A DNA stretch of 60,999 nucleotides, filler included, from Circinaria calcarea (Eukaryota), in the NCBI GenBank assembly GCA_051942165.1. It is 5 parts of 5 records of this genome, joined end to end, with 100 filler letters (N's around TTAATTAATTAA, not from the genome) between each part and the next. Parts side by side here need not be neighbours in the genome. Positions count along the whole stretch, not along the records: positions 12,258 to 24,407 come from JAVECS010000607.1; positions 24,508 to 36,617 come from JAVECS010000608.1; 3 more parts are not named here. One strand, 5' to 3'. The notes beneath the pieces are model-generated. The model searched no databases and was not told the origin of the DNA. It saw only the letters and a program-made list of their open reading frames with translations. The stretch's first letter is position 1. Each line of letters begins with the position of its first letter. Positions 12,258 to 25,789 of this stretch are shown here, in pieces. A program made the translations under genes and the position numbers.

Positions 12258-13255
12258 ATTCTGTCCTTTCTGTCCTTTCTTTTCCTTTCTTTCTTCTTTT
12301 CTCTGACTGTATTGTAGTCCAGTCTAGTCTAACTAGTTACCTGGGATAGGGATGGGGAAGACTTGCTCGCCGAGTTCTAATTCTAATTTTAATTCTAATC
12401 TTATTCTAGATGAGGGACTTCATTTCCTCCCCCCCCCCGCCTCCCCGATGGAACCAATTAGTCATCTTTCACGCGGTGATTTATTTTACAATATATTCTT
12501 GTGGTTGTGAAAAGTGGGAGACCCGGGGGGGGGTTTGTTATCTAAAATAAATGGGGGCCTTTTTTTGGTTTTTTGGTTTTCAAAAACTTCACATGACTAC
12601 GTACGTACACACCTACTCCCGATCAGAAAACGGCTCAAATTTCCATCTATCGATCAACGATATCTGGCCCCCCCCTTCCCCTCCCCATTCACCCTTTATC
12701 CTCACCCACACCCATTGACGGTCATTTCAAAACCGGTACCGCATCGCTCCACAAGCATGCACAGAACTGACTCGCTATCCATTTCACAACGACAACGTGC
12801 AACGGCAATCAAAATCTCCGCCGCTACCAGGGTATGCAAGCCCGCATCGAAACAGCAGAAAAAAGGATACGCCGTTGCTTACTTACTCGCTCGCTCGCTT
12901 TCGAACGCCCGGATGGAGAACTTATCCTCCTCAGTAAATTAGGTCAAACGTCTTTAGTGCTATGGTTCAGTGAGAGAATTTGGTTATGGTGAGATGGAGA
13001 AAATGGAGGCAAGTTTAAGAAAGGGGGTAGTTTGGACAAACAGCTTGCGCATGAGACGAGGGATAGAGAACGCCTGGGGTATGCTGGTTATTGGAAGGAT
13101 CGGTCGCCATGGCGAAGTGATGCGGAGATTGTAGCTGGCATACATGATATTTGGCCGACATGATATTACGGACAAGCGTGGTAAAAAGAGCGAGAAAAGG
13201 ATCGTCCGTAAGCTGAAAACCATCCTTCGACTCTGCTTGAAACTGCAAATCAATC

Positions 13256-14979
13256 TTATAATGGCTGGCCTTCTCTGTGAGGAAATCCTATACTGCTCAT
13301 ACCTTGGCGCCTCGAACTCATCCTGATCCCTCCAGTTGGTGGCTGCGGCAGCGGTCCCGAAGGCGGCGCTGGACGTATCGGCATGGACATTTGCGGATGG
13401 GCGTAGTTCTCATGCTCCCTATCCCTTCCTCGACCGGATGAAATCACACTGGTACTTGATGTTCTCGGTGGAAAGCTGGGCCGCTCGAGGGGTGACTGGT
13501 TAGGATACATGCCGTTACTTCCGTTCACCTCGGCAGATAGGACGCGCTGGATATGAGCAGGCTGGGTATACGGTTGCGTGGCGTTGCGGTCGTCTGCGAT
13601 GGGAATCTCACCCGATGTGGGGGTTTTAGACATGGTGGTGTCTTTGCCGGGGGAGGAGCCGCTGAAGACGCTGGAATCACCGCTGCGGAGAAGGGCTTGG
13701 GTGCTAGGGGAGAGAGGAGCGGTAAGATGTGATTTGCGGTTGTTGGTGACCATCATGTTGACGGCCCATTCTTCGAGATTCACAGGTGTGCGCTTTGCAG
13801 CTTGGAGGAAATGGTCATGATCCTAGACTGTGTGTTAGCATGACTAAAGGTGCCAAACGAAGGTAAAGTGATTCTTACATATAATTCACGTGGGGTAGGA
13901 CGCTCCTCTTCCTTGTTGAGGAGGCATTTCTGAATCATTTGATCGAGGATAGGAGGAAAGGCGTCACTCTTGGGCAGTCGTGGCGCTGGTTCGTGGACGA
14001 TTTGCTGGAGCAAATCAAGAATCCCCGCTGGACCCGCACTTCCTCTGTCTCCTGCAGCAGTTTCACTGGCGTCAAAAGGAAACCTTCCTATAGCTAGCTC
14101 CATGATGGTCAAGCCAACGCTCCAGACATCCGATTTTATAGTGTACTTCGCCCCTTGGATTCGTTCGGGGGCCATGTATGTGGAAGTCCCAACGAACGTG
14201 TCTGCGATCGAGTTGACCAGCTCCCCTGAAACGCCAAAGTCACATAGTTTTATATAGCCCCGCGAGTTGATTAGGACATTTGATGGCTTGATATCGCGAT
14301 GCATGATGCGGTGGACTTCATAGAGATAATTCAGACCGCTAAGGATCGCTTCTGCAATTTTACCAAGCACATCGACGCGGACGGGACCAAAGTCTTTCGA
14401 TACACGATCCAGAGACCTTTATTCTCGTTAGACATTCTCTTGTCCATCAAGCAGACCATGCAACGTCGGATTCCCTCTTACCCGCAATCCATATACTCCA
14501 TGCACATGATTACATCGCCCGACTCGTTTAGGAAAGACCCATAGAAAGAAACAATGTTCGGCGAGTTGCAGTCCTTCATGATGTGTAGCTCTCTAACGAT
14601 CTGCTTGCGAACATCTTTCTTCGCTTCCACATGGATGACCTAGACGTCGTATCAGCATCCTGGCCTGATGAAGTAGCCCCTCTGTAATTCCTACCTTCCT
14701 CGCCATAACCACCCGCGTTGCTGTATGCATGACCTTGCTCACGGTACCTCCATTACCAGCTCCGAGCTCTCTCAGCACTACCAGGTCTTCACTCCTCAAA
14801 TCTAACTGAAACTCTACGCCGATCTCCAATGTATCCAACGTTGCCACATTGTTGCCTATCGCTCCAGGTAGCTGAGAGTCACTGGCGGATGGCTCAGCCG
14901 CCTTTGGAGGAGGCGCACTCAAAGCAAGGCCTTTGTGATTCTTGCGCTTCAGCGTTCGAGTTTGGAAGGCGTCCGACAT
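13256..14979 (-). CDS. STE7: MAP kinase kinase of the Ste7/MkkB/Mst7 class; 4 exons
   Basis: N-terminal docking motif LKRKNHKGLAL, LEIGVEFQLDL, GAGNGGTV, HRDIKPSN, LCDFGVSGELVNSIADTFVGTSTYMAPERI. GT-AG introns link the ORF pieces. Confidence 0.93.
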
Positions 14980-16151
14980 AGCGATGGTTGAGTTAAGGAG
15001 TGGATGGCTTGGGTGAAAGACAGCCGGGAGCTATGAAGCCTGAAGAGATTTTGCTTGCAGTGGCCTCGCAATCGTAAGTGAATGTGATGTCTCGCCCGGG
15101 ATGACTGTTTTAGCAAGTTCTGGTCCAAGTGCGGCTTCGCGGTGTCGATCTGAGCGCGACGCCAACAAAATGACTGGACGCGGGGATAGCGTACATTGGC
15201 TGAAGGCAGGAGGCAGGGCTTTGATGCAGGAGTGACAAGATAGCCCCTATGTGTTGAAAAGCAAACTGTGAATGATGAATAGGAGTGGTTGTGATGATCT
15301 ACCTCCCAATCAAGCAATACCGGTGGGATTATTGTCGCTAAGCAGTCCCGGCCTACTCCCGTACTATATGATTGACCAGACTCGGGATAAATGGTGGGGC
15401 AAAACAGCGGCTATCAATATATTCGAATAGGCATATCTATCTTATTCAATCCCACTACCCGTCGAAACACTTCCCGCCGCTGTTCATGGTAGCAGTATGT
15501 AGACTATCAAACGATTACTCCGTACAGGTAGATGCCTATCCCAAGGAACTCTTCGCATACACCACGGACTTCCAGTCAGTTGTGCATGAGGTTCAAGGAG
15601 TTTATAGAGTAACAAGCCTGTAACCAAATTAATTTCACGTAGAATAGTAACCCACGATTGGAACTGTTGGTCAAAGGCCAAAGCCAAATGTGAGAAATTT
15701 GTGAAACGCATTCATTGGCAGCGTCCAGGGGACTGTCTGAAGGAGAAGAATTATTATATTGATGTGTCGAGTGTCATACCGTATGGAGGTGGTTCGGCTC
15801 TATACACAGAACAGACCAGCCACCGGAATTATGACCCCAGCCACCATACAAATTACCGTACGTTTGACTGACAGTGCTCCCCCTGTCCACTAGTGAATAG
15901 CGGCCAAGACTGAAGAGGAATGCGAAGCGAGCCAAGGAATGCGGCTCTGCTTTTGAGTTTGGCTCAACCTCAGAATGTTCCACTTAACATTCTTGTGAAC
16001 ACCCAGTCTGCAATGGTTGACACTGCTCACTTTGATCTTTGGCAGTGGAGGTACGACTAGAGCAAACATCTTCGGCGAACGTACCCTTGGGTACATCGCC
16101 ACATTCCTCTACCCAGCGCGCCTCCTGTTTTTGCATTAATCGTCCTTCGTA

Positions 16152-19100
16152 ATGAGTCTGCGCGATCTTATTTCAGCAGAAGCCGAGCTGGCCGATGAGT
16201 CGGACGAAGAATCCTACGATGAGGAAACCGGCGAAGTCAGGCGGAAGTCCAACGGCCTCAACGGCACAAATGGGCACTTGGACGACTCAAGCGACGAGGA
16301 GACTGACGACGACGAGGAGGCGGCCAGAGCAGTGAGTTTCCCTTAACCGCGTGTGGCCGTCTTAAGAACAACAAGTCTGACCGGTATTCCTTAAATGTAC
16401 ACTAGGTACGAGAAGGCTTCATTGTAGAAGATGAGGAAGAACCCGAGGAGAGGGAGCGAAAGCGCACGGAGAGAAAGAAACGTCGGCGCGAAGAACGAGA
16501 GGAAGAAGAAGCTGGCTTAGATGAGGAAGATTTAGATCTGATCGGCGAAGCAAATCCGGATTTCGAGCGGCGAATACCTAGCGAAGTACGAGTGTCTCCC
16601 AGTAAGTATAAGCAGCATAGCTAATACGTCTATCAGCCAAAGTTCAAGCGTTTGAAGCGAGGTCATAAGGAGGAACGTGTCGAGAGAGAACCCCGCGGTG
16701 TGGATGACATCTTCGATTCTGACGATGAAGATGAAGCTCTACAGGAAGATCGCCATCGCGCAGCCCCGCGGGGCGTTGACAATGAATTCAAAGATTTCAT
16801 CGAGGAAGACGACTTTGGTGATGAAGGCCTAGAAGCCGATAACGAGGACGCGGAGGTAGCTCGGACCGTTAGGCGAGGGCTCGTCGGAGTCAAAGATAGC
16901 GCAGGCTTGGACGAGACAGCTTTGGAAGATCTCAAAGAAGCCTTTGGTGACGGAGCAGAGTATGATTGGGCTTTGGATTTACAGGAACAAGACGATCGTG
17001 ACGAACGTGGCATAGACCACGAAGACACTACAGGGATGTCGAAAGCCATCGAGCTCAAAGATGTCTTCGAGCCCTCGCAGCTCGCGGAGAGAATGTTAAC
17101 GGATGAGGATAACCTCATTCGTATCACAGACGAACCAGAGCGGTTTCAGATCGCCAGAAAACCTTACAAGCATCTTGTGCTTACGGATGAACAGTTCAAG
17201 GAGGAATCCATCTGGATATCTAACATGATGCTCCCTAAGAAGCAACTTCAAGCAGATCTCCGAGAGCCCTTCCAGAAATCAATCGCCAAGGTCCTCGAAT
17301 TCATGATCACCGACGAATACGAAGTTCCCTTCATTTTCCAACATCGCAAGGATTATCTTATCCATGCTGCCAAAGTTGCCATCACGCCAGATCCGTGGAA
17401 CCCGGGTGCAGCGCAGTACGTTGTCAGTGCCGAGAAGCTTCTGAACCAGTCGGACCTTTGGGAAATTTTCGATTACGACTTGAAATTCAGAGCTTTGATC
17501 GACAAGCGCAATGCACTGCAGCGAACGTACGACAACCTAGTCAGCGTCGCCAATGTTCATGATGAGGTCTTTGAAGAGATGCTGCCAGCGGCCGTCACTA
17601 TGGAGGAGCTCCAAGACGTACAGGACTATCTGCACTTTCAGCATTCGTCCAGGCTTGCGGACCTTGCCATTGTGAATGGGCCAGGTACAAATGGGACACA
17701 GCGACGTCCAGGGGCATCTAAGGTGGTCTTTGACCGGATACGGAATGGTAAAGTCTACGGGCTCGTTCGTGCCTTTGGCATTACGGCGGATGCATTTGCC
17801 CAGAATGCGCTTAAGAAAGAAGGTCGGCGAGAGTATACCGAGGATCCAGGTGAGAGACCAGAGGACATGGCCAACAGTGAGGACGTCCTAGATCCACCGG
17901 ATTATTCATCGGGTGCACAATGTCTCAGAGCTGCGAGAGCTATGTTTGCTGAGGAGGTTGCGATGAGTCCCAAAATGCGGAAAGTAATGAGGCAGGCATT
18001 TTACCAGAACGGAGTCATTGATTGTTTTCGTACCGAGAAAGGTCTTCGCAAGATCGATGAACAACACCCATATTACGAGTTCAAGTATTTGCGCAACCAA
18101 GAACTAGGCCAACTTGCACCGCACCCTGAGCTCTTCCTCCGTATGCTGAAGGCCGAGGAAGAGGGCCTGGTGGAAGTTAGAGTACGGTTACAGCATTCGG
18201 ATCAGATCAAGAAGCGACTTTATGGTGACCTCGAATCAGACAATTTCAGTGAAGTTGCTGACGCTTGGAACCGAGAGCGACGGGAAGCCTTGGACATGGC
18301 ACTTGTAAAGCTGGACAAGATCATGGCGCGAGGTGTCAAAGAAAACATGAAAACCGAGTGCGAGAACCAAGTGGCTAGGGTTTGCAGGGAGGAATTTGGC
18401 AAGAAACTCGATCAAGCACCATATAAACCCAAAGGAATGATGCTAGGTACCGTCCCTCGTGTGCTTGCGCTTTCGAATGGGGCCGGTACACTCGGTCGCG
18501 ACCCAGTCAATTGGGCTTGGGTTGAAGAAGATGGCCGGGTCTTTGAGAACGGCAAGTTTCTGAATCTCACAGTGGCTGATCCTGAACGAGGGATTGAGGA
18601 AGACGGTGCCGATGTCTCAGCCTTTGTTGAATTAGTTATCAGACGAAGGCCCGATGTCATTGGCGTTTCCGGCTTTTCTGCGGATACCAGGAAGCTGTAC
18701 AAGCAGATCGAGAGAATTGTTGAGAAGAAAGACTTGCGTGGTGCCCCATACACGAATGAAGATGACCAGGATGTCAGCGATCGGTTGGAGGTCGTTATTG
18801 TGAATGACGAGGTCGCTCGTTTGTATCAGTCCAGCGACCGGGCGAACATGGAGCACCCTGGCTTCGCACCTTTGACAAAGTACTGCGTCGCCCTTGCCAA
18901 ATACCTCCAGAATCCCATGAAGGAATATGCATCCCTTGGTAAAAACATTACCTCCATCTCTTTCGACCCAAGTCAGCAATACGTTCCGCAGGAAAAGATT
19001 CTCAAGCAGCTTGAAACAGCCATGGTCGACATGGTCAACTTATGTGGTGTTGACATTAACGAGGCAGTCAACGATACTTATACTGCGAATCTACTTCCCT

Positions 19101-20678
19101 TTGTCTGCGGTCTCGGGCCTCGGAAGGCTTCTCAGCTCCTAAAGGCTATAATCCTGAACGGAGGCATCGTTTCGACCAGGGCAGAACTAGTCGGTGATGC
19201 AGATCAGCATAAGCTGCCTGCAGTGGGTCCTCGTGTCTGGAACAATTGTGCGAGTTTCCTTTGGATCGATTTCGACGCTACGGACGCTGAGTCCGACTAT
19301 CTTGATAATACTCGCGTACATCCAGAAGATTATGACTTGGGTCGTAAAATGGCAGCAGACGCTTTGGAACTCGACGAAGAAGACATTCAAGCAGAACAGC
19401 AGGAAAACGGACCCGGTGCCATCGTTCGCAAACTCATCAAAGACGATGCCCAAGAAAAGGTCAACGATCTTATTCTAGAGGAGTATGCAGAGCAATTGGA
19501 GAGGAACTTCAATCAACGCAAGCGTGCTACACTTGAGACCATTCGTGCCGAGCTGCAGCAGCCATACGAAGAGCTTCGCCGGAACTTTGCCTTGCTGTCT
19601 ACAGATGAGATCTTTACCATGTTCACCGGCGAAACAAGAGACTCATTATGTGAAGGAATGATTGTCCCAATGTCTATCAAGCGTGTCGCCGACGATTCGA
19701 TCGAAGGAAAGCTTGACTGCGGTGTTGAGGGAATTGTTCCACCTAATGATATCTCGACTCGAATGGACGTTTCTGCCAAACAGCTGTTCTCGCCCCATCA
19801 GACCGTCCAGGCTAAGCTGATGTCTCTTAACCGTAAGAGTTTGACAGCGGAACTATCACTTCTCGAGGAACAACTGCGGCGGCCATACCGGAAAGAGATT
19901 GACCGCATGGGAGATGAGTGGGACGAGAAACAGGAGCAGAAGGATAAGGAGTCGATGCAAGAGAAAAACGACGTCTCCGGCCGGACGCAGCGTGTCATCA
20001 AGCATCCCTTGTTCCGTTCTTTCAACAGCGCCCAGGCAGAAGAGTACCTTGGATCACAATCCCGCGGCGATGTGGTAATTCGTCCTTCATCTAGAGGACT
20101 TGACCATCTAGCAGTTACATGGAAGGTGTCCGACAGCGTTTACCAGCATATTGATGTTCTCGAGCTCGATAAAGAGAACGAATTCTCTGTTGGTAAAGTC
20201 CTTAAAATCGGTGGCCGCTTCACCTACAGCGATCTCGATGAGCTGATTGTAAATCACGTCAAAGCAATGGCCCGCAAGGTGGACGAGTTGATGCTGCACG
20301 AAAAATACCAGGCTGGCAGCAAGGCAGACACTGGTAAGTTTGTTGTATTCTTCATACACCCACTCTTTTCTGTTTGAGCGGCGTATTAGGAATGACTGTG
20401 TACTAACTTGACCTCCATCAACAGAGCGTTGGTTGACTACCTATACCGAAGCAAACCCCAAACGATCTGTTTATGCTTTCTGTATTGATCCCAAGAACGC
20501 CGGCTACTTTCATCTCTGTTTCAAAGCGGGCCAACGTGCCCAGGTGCAGAGTTGGTTCGTGAAGGTTATCCCAGGGGCATATGATCTGAAAGGTGTACAA
20601 TATCAGGACACGACGGCACTGTGCAATGGGTTCAAGCTTCTCTTCTTGAACTTGCAAGGTGACAAGACGAGGCCATAG
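16152..20678 (+). CDS. SPT6: Transcription elongation factor / histone chaperone Spt6, about 1436 aa
   Basis: Acidic N-terminus, [13 protein letters not shown], HhH region ([19 protein letters not shown]), S1 domain and tandem SH2 ([19 protein letters not shown]). Exons 16152-16331, 16406-16585, 16637-20333 and 20425-20678 splice in frame. Confidence 0.96.
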
Positions 20679-21086
20679 GTTACAGGACGGGGCTAAAACC
20701 GCTGGCGTCAAGGTAGCATTGCGGCTGCATAAGCGGGCTTCTGGTATCGTGTATTTCTATGTGTACTTAAACTCGATGACCTTCGATATGAAGTCCTGAA
20801 GAAATCAATATTCTTCATTTGAACAGAAATAACCCATGGTGATCTCGGTAGTGATAGGGTTGTGCACCGCGTTCTTTGCGTTCACACACAGTCTCATAAA
20901 TCGCGAACGTCAACCAACCCACCATAATATCAAACATCAACTTGTAATTCTCGAACAAATTGCAGTCGAGCCCTCCTCACTGCACCACTACAACCTACAC
21001 ACATGTAGACTGTACCATTCGAACCAAACCCATCGAGCCCTGCTAAGTTACTTACGTGTCTCGAGTCGAGATTGCATTCAAGAGAC

Positions 21087-22016
21087 ATGGATTGGGAACG
21101 AGTAGACTTGGATGGACCAAGCAACGACTTCGCTCTAGGTATAGGCTGAATAGGGAAGCCTGCTATATAATCCTGAAGTTAACAAAAGTTAGGTACGGAA
21201 CAAAACCTTGTTGCCTTGGAGGCATCGACTAGCCATGCCCCAGGAGGTAAATCGAACAAGATCATGCACGGTGTGTTCATCTGACATTTCTAGGTATGCA
21301 ACAAGAGGCAGCCTCCTTGGCCAGCCTGACAATTGGGAACTCTGTTCAGGGAACCGATACTCTAGTTACAAGTGGGCCATCGCAGTGGTGGAGGTTGCAA
21401 CCTGGGCTTGATCGAGATCAGGCGCTGCTCGACGCGCAGTTGCTTGGTGAAGACGTTGTGTGGCGTAGCCAGAGATTCTTACTTGCACTTTCGGTACAAC
21501 CACCACTAGAGGGACTGGTGGCCAGTCCTCCATCGCCGCTGCCACCATCATCACGACCACCGGCAGCTAGACTATCATCGCAGTCACCGCCTCCACCACC
21601 ACAAGGCCTAGCGGCTAGGTCTTCCTTAAATCCCAGCCCATTACTAATGTTAGCACAACTGGCGTCCATCCCTAACTCTGTATCTACGAGTCAAGCATTG
21701 CTGGAAGTTTGTCCTTACAAGCTAGAGAGCCACAGCTGTCCCCGCGGCATCGGATGCACGATGAGGATTCCTTGCGATGTATGTCCCCCATAATCTCAGC
21801 TCTCCTATTTTCACGGTACTAAACCTATTGCAGGACTACAAACGCAGCACTTGTCTCGGTGGTTGCGGGAAGGCGCACATCCTGAGAAACTGCAATTCGG
21901 TTCGGAATGCCGGCGGTTGCAACAGGTTGGCTCGAGGAAGCCCTTGTAGCTTCGGACACGACATGAAGGAGCTGCGCAACGCGTTAAGGCTTAATCCAGA
22001 ATTTTACCATGCGTGA
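21087..22016 (+). CDS. CCCH-type zinc-finger protein, about 257 aa; 4 exons
   Basis: Exons 21087-21138, 21193-21246, 21294-21778 and 21834-22016 splice in frame through canonical GT-AG introns. Pro-rich middle, then CPYKLESHSCPRGIGC, CDDYKRSTCLGGCGKAH and CNSVRNAGGCNRLARGSPCSFGH. Confidence 0.7.
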
Positions 22017-23566
22017 GGCGCGAGGTTTATTGCCGTATGTTATGGAAGCCAAAATAGTGAATACTTGGTGATTGACGAAGGGTGTGGATGGATAAGGAAG
22101 TCTATTCAGGGAAGAGACCCTACTCGGGTTTTTCAGGAGAGTAACATGGGGGTGACATGTCCCCGGGGGGACTTTACTTGTGTCTTTCAAGGGAGACACT
22201 ATTCGAATATCTCCATGAGGACGAAACGAGTGGAAAGGGGTATTGGATTGTGGATGGGCGGTCTTCTTTCTCACAATGGCTTTGTCACGTCACTAAAAGC
22301 TTAACATTGCGATGAACAGCAGCTCGTGCATACTACCAATCAAGGACATTGCATCCTAGAAATCCTTCCTCTTTGGCTCAGGGATGCAGAAGCTAACGTA
22401 GGAGACCAACTTGATTTTGTACTCCATATGTAACTACCCCATCTAGAATACCGTAACCGTCCAGAGGAACTCACACCCATGAAGTCAACCGTGAGAGTCC
22501 CCGAGCGCCTTTATATCTGTGCGCTTTTTACTTTCAATCGCCTACGCCTACCTTGTCGAGCAATACCCCCTTTTCCCCAAGTCTCATTACCGATGTCTCA
22601 TCACCGATGTAGATACCAAGCCCCTGAAAGAGTCATAACCAATGAGGTTGCAGAAGGCGCTTAACCCCGACATTTGACGCCGTTGTGTATGGTAAGATTA
22701 TTGTGCCTCTGCAAGCGGCTAGTCTAGTCGAAGTCTGAGTTGCCGGGTCCAACAACGTGGTGAGATCTTCTTTGAGCTTCTTTGATATTGGTCGTAGGTG
22801 GATGCTTCTACGTGTGGGAAGTCTGTGACAGAAATAGAAATCTCGAGGTGCTTGAGAGCTTCGACTCTGCGGTACTTCGATTCGCTCAATGGTATTTTAT
22901 CCTGGATTCGTGATAGTCTGCGATGACGGCCTACAATACCAGCCAGTGTATTCCACATAGTGAGGACATACAAAGAGTCAGATAGAAGGGTATTTCCTTG
23001 AAAATAGAGTCAACGGTAAATCCTATGTTGCCAGCCAATGTTACAACTACGCAGCAGCGTCATCTACCATCTCCACATGGATAAGACCGGCCATCGGACT
23101 ACTTCTCCAAGTACCTTACGAGACGAAAGAGCTTTGGGAGGCGCTTCTTGTCGCTGAAAAGGTAGGTATGAAAGAGCGAAGGGAGAACTTCGATTGTGTA
23201 CTCCTCAAATTACTGCCTTTTCCATTGTCACCTATGTGATCGTGCAGTAGAATATCGGGGGTGCCTTCGATCGAAGTTTTGCCAAATGGAAATCCTTTCC
23301 CTGGGCTTGGGTCTATCTTCTAATTGTCTTTGGTCGCTTATAGCCCGTTTGCGGCATCTCCCTTATCCAAAGACAAAGCTACAGTCCTAACGTCACATTT
23401 CGCTACCAGCGCTATCATTCAACTAGCGCCGTTCTCTCTTTGTTCATCACCGAATCTATATATGTTAGCAATATCGGCGATGGGGTCTTCTACCTGTTCA
23501 TCTCTTCCTCCAACTTAGTATTAGTTCGTATTTTCCTCCCCGAACAAGTTACCTAATTCGAGAATC

Positions 23567-24407
23567 ATGTTGGACAAACTTATTTTCGGCAATTTCACGT
23601 TGGAGGAATTGAGGGAAAATGGGTTTATGGAGGCCCTCTCAGATCCAAGTCCACGGAACGATTTGACCAATCCTGTTCATGAAATCTTCTTGCATTGGTC
23701 TAGTCTACCTCCAGAAGATCTGGAAATACTCATGCCTACTCTTCGGCTTGCGACAGCTTTTATGTTAAGCCCTGCAAGTATGAGTTTTATTCATGCAATA
23801 ATGTACGGGCAACGCAAGCAAGTAAAAGATATGATTTGGGAGCTAGAACAAGTAAGACCATATACCGAGAACCTCCACCACGAGGTCAGCCTAGGTTTAC
23901 AGGATTTGCAAGGCCACGTTACCTTGGGATATCTTGATTACAATGATCCAGAGCATGAACAGGTACATTTGGAGAGCCAAGTAAATGCAAGGACCCAATA
24001 TTCTCGGAGCGACCAGTTTTACTTCCGTGGATCCCTATTGTTCCCGATAAAAGCATATTGCACGAAAATAATGGTAAATCAGGAAAATTTCGTTAACCAG
24101 CTCAAAGGATTGCTGGCACTACCGGACCAGACACCTGAGATATTGAATTCAATCCTTCGGATTCGGTTCTGGAACGCGAAATCACTCGTCCATGAGTTAG
24201 CTCATGCTATCAAGTTTATGACGCTCACAAACAATGTTGAATATTCGGTCGAGCCGTATTACAAAAGCCAGGTGGTTAATGAACTGGGTTGGGCTTGGGA
24301 GAATGAGGTTTTCGGCGGCCTCGCCCAGCCGACCCAGGGTGCCGACCTCGTGAATTTCCCTTTCAACTTCACCAAGTTTCCGACGGAGGACGAAACATGT
24401 AGGTATA
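23567..24407 (+). CDS. Uncharacterised HExxH (zincin-like) protein, 3'-truncated at contig end
   Basis: Open frame of about 280 codons with LVHELAHA, then EPYY and NELGWAWENEVFGG. Confidence 0.65.
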
Positions 24408-24507
24408 NNNNNNNNNNNNNNNNNNNNNNNNNNNNNNNNNNNNNNNNNNNNTTAATTAATTAANNNNNNNNNNNNNNNNNNNNNNNNNNNNNNNNNNNNN
24501 NNNNNNN
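24408..24507. other. Artificial contig linker
   Basis: 44 N + TTAATTAATTAA + 44 N. Confidence 0.98.
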
Positions 24508-24853
24508 TAAGAAATGGATCAAGACTGGCATTGAGCTTGTGGCTGGGAAACCTATGATCAGCACCGTCGTCGCCGATCGATACGCAGATTGGTCGCTGCA
24601 GCCTCTACCTCAAGCGGGAGGGAACATGGTCACAGTGGAGATGGAGAGGGAGGGCGTGAGCTTGTGGGTCTATGTCATCCAGGGCGTGGAGCGGCGGCCT
24701 ATTCGGAAAGTGACCTGGGTATTCGAGGAGGGAGAGACGGAGGGCGACTGTTGGATAGGCGTCTATGCTGCCAAGCCCAGCCAGGAAGGAGGAGATCTGA
24801 AAGTGACCTTTTGGCACTTGGTCGTCGAGGATGAGAATGGGAGGTTGTCATAA
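24508..24853 (+). CDS. DUF1349 / Ree1-like beta-sandwich protein, 5'-truncated fragment
   Basis: KKWIKTGIEL...STVVADRYADWSL...RKVTWVF...IGVYAAKP, typical of the DUF1349 C-terminal half. Confidence 0.75.
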
Positions 24854-25077
24854 ATCAGACAGAGGAAGAGGGGATGGCAGTCAAGAGACACCTAGATTGA
24901 CTTCCCCATCATGGTGGTCTCGAAAGATATCTTACCACTTGAAGCAGTGTTAGCATCTACTCCAGAGAATCAACCAGAGTTATGAATTTCAGTAATCATG
25001 AAATTGGAAGTCGGTTGAATGGTATCCTGATTGCCGTTAGCCCAACTTCATACATGGGTTCATTCCTTGTTCAATTA

Positions 25078-25165
25078 CAGTTTTGAAGTCTCCGGACACC
25101 CTCACCAAAATTATCTTTGGTAAATACCCGCTATTTTAGTCTCGGCGTCCGGAGACTCAAAACTG
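25078..25165. mobile_element. MITE-like inverted-repeat element, 88 bp
   Basis: CAGTTTTGAAGTCTCCGGACACC (25078-25100) and GGCGTCCGGAGACTCAAAACTG (25144-25165) are inverted with one indel and one mismatch. CAGT...ACTG ends; TA on the left flank only. Confidence 0.45.
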
Positions 25166-25789
25166 ACGCTGCTGTACCAATGCTGCTTTTAAGCGCGCTG
25201 AGACACTAGAATAGGTAGAGTACAAACTAATGCACGGGCACTCCCGTACGCGATTCCAAATCAGATCGGCGTGCCTGGCATCCAGACGACATACGCAGTA
25301 ATCGCTGCTCATACCGTATTACCCTACGACTATCAAATCTGGCACTGGTGTTAGTACTCAGGACCATGGAGTATGACCAACTATGAAACTTCCTTCCTTC
25401 GCGGACGTCCAAGTACTCTCCCGATTTCCGGGCGTACCAGGAATGGAGTCGAGACATGATCGGGTAATCATGCCCGTCTAGACAATTTCCTGAATCCAGC
25501 GAATGCGGCGTCGCGGTGGGCGCTTTCAATACGTAGCCTTGTCCTGGAGACTTCGGCCTCAACAGAAGGCTGGGCAAATCGGGGCTATGTGACACTGATT
25601 CCCTGCTTGCGTAGGCGCTGAGGCCGATGGGATTGGATTGCATGGCATTTGTCACTGCGGAGGGAGCAAAGGCTGCGAAGATACTCCATAGAATCATCTC
25701 TGATCATCTTGCATGCAAATTCCCCTTGTACACTCTTTGTCGTACGATCATCGGACAGGATAGCTGATCAATATCCCTTCAGTCAAAAT

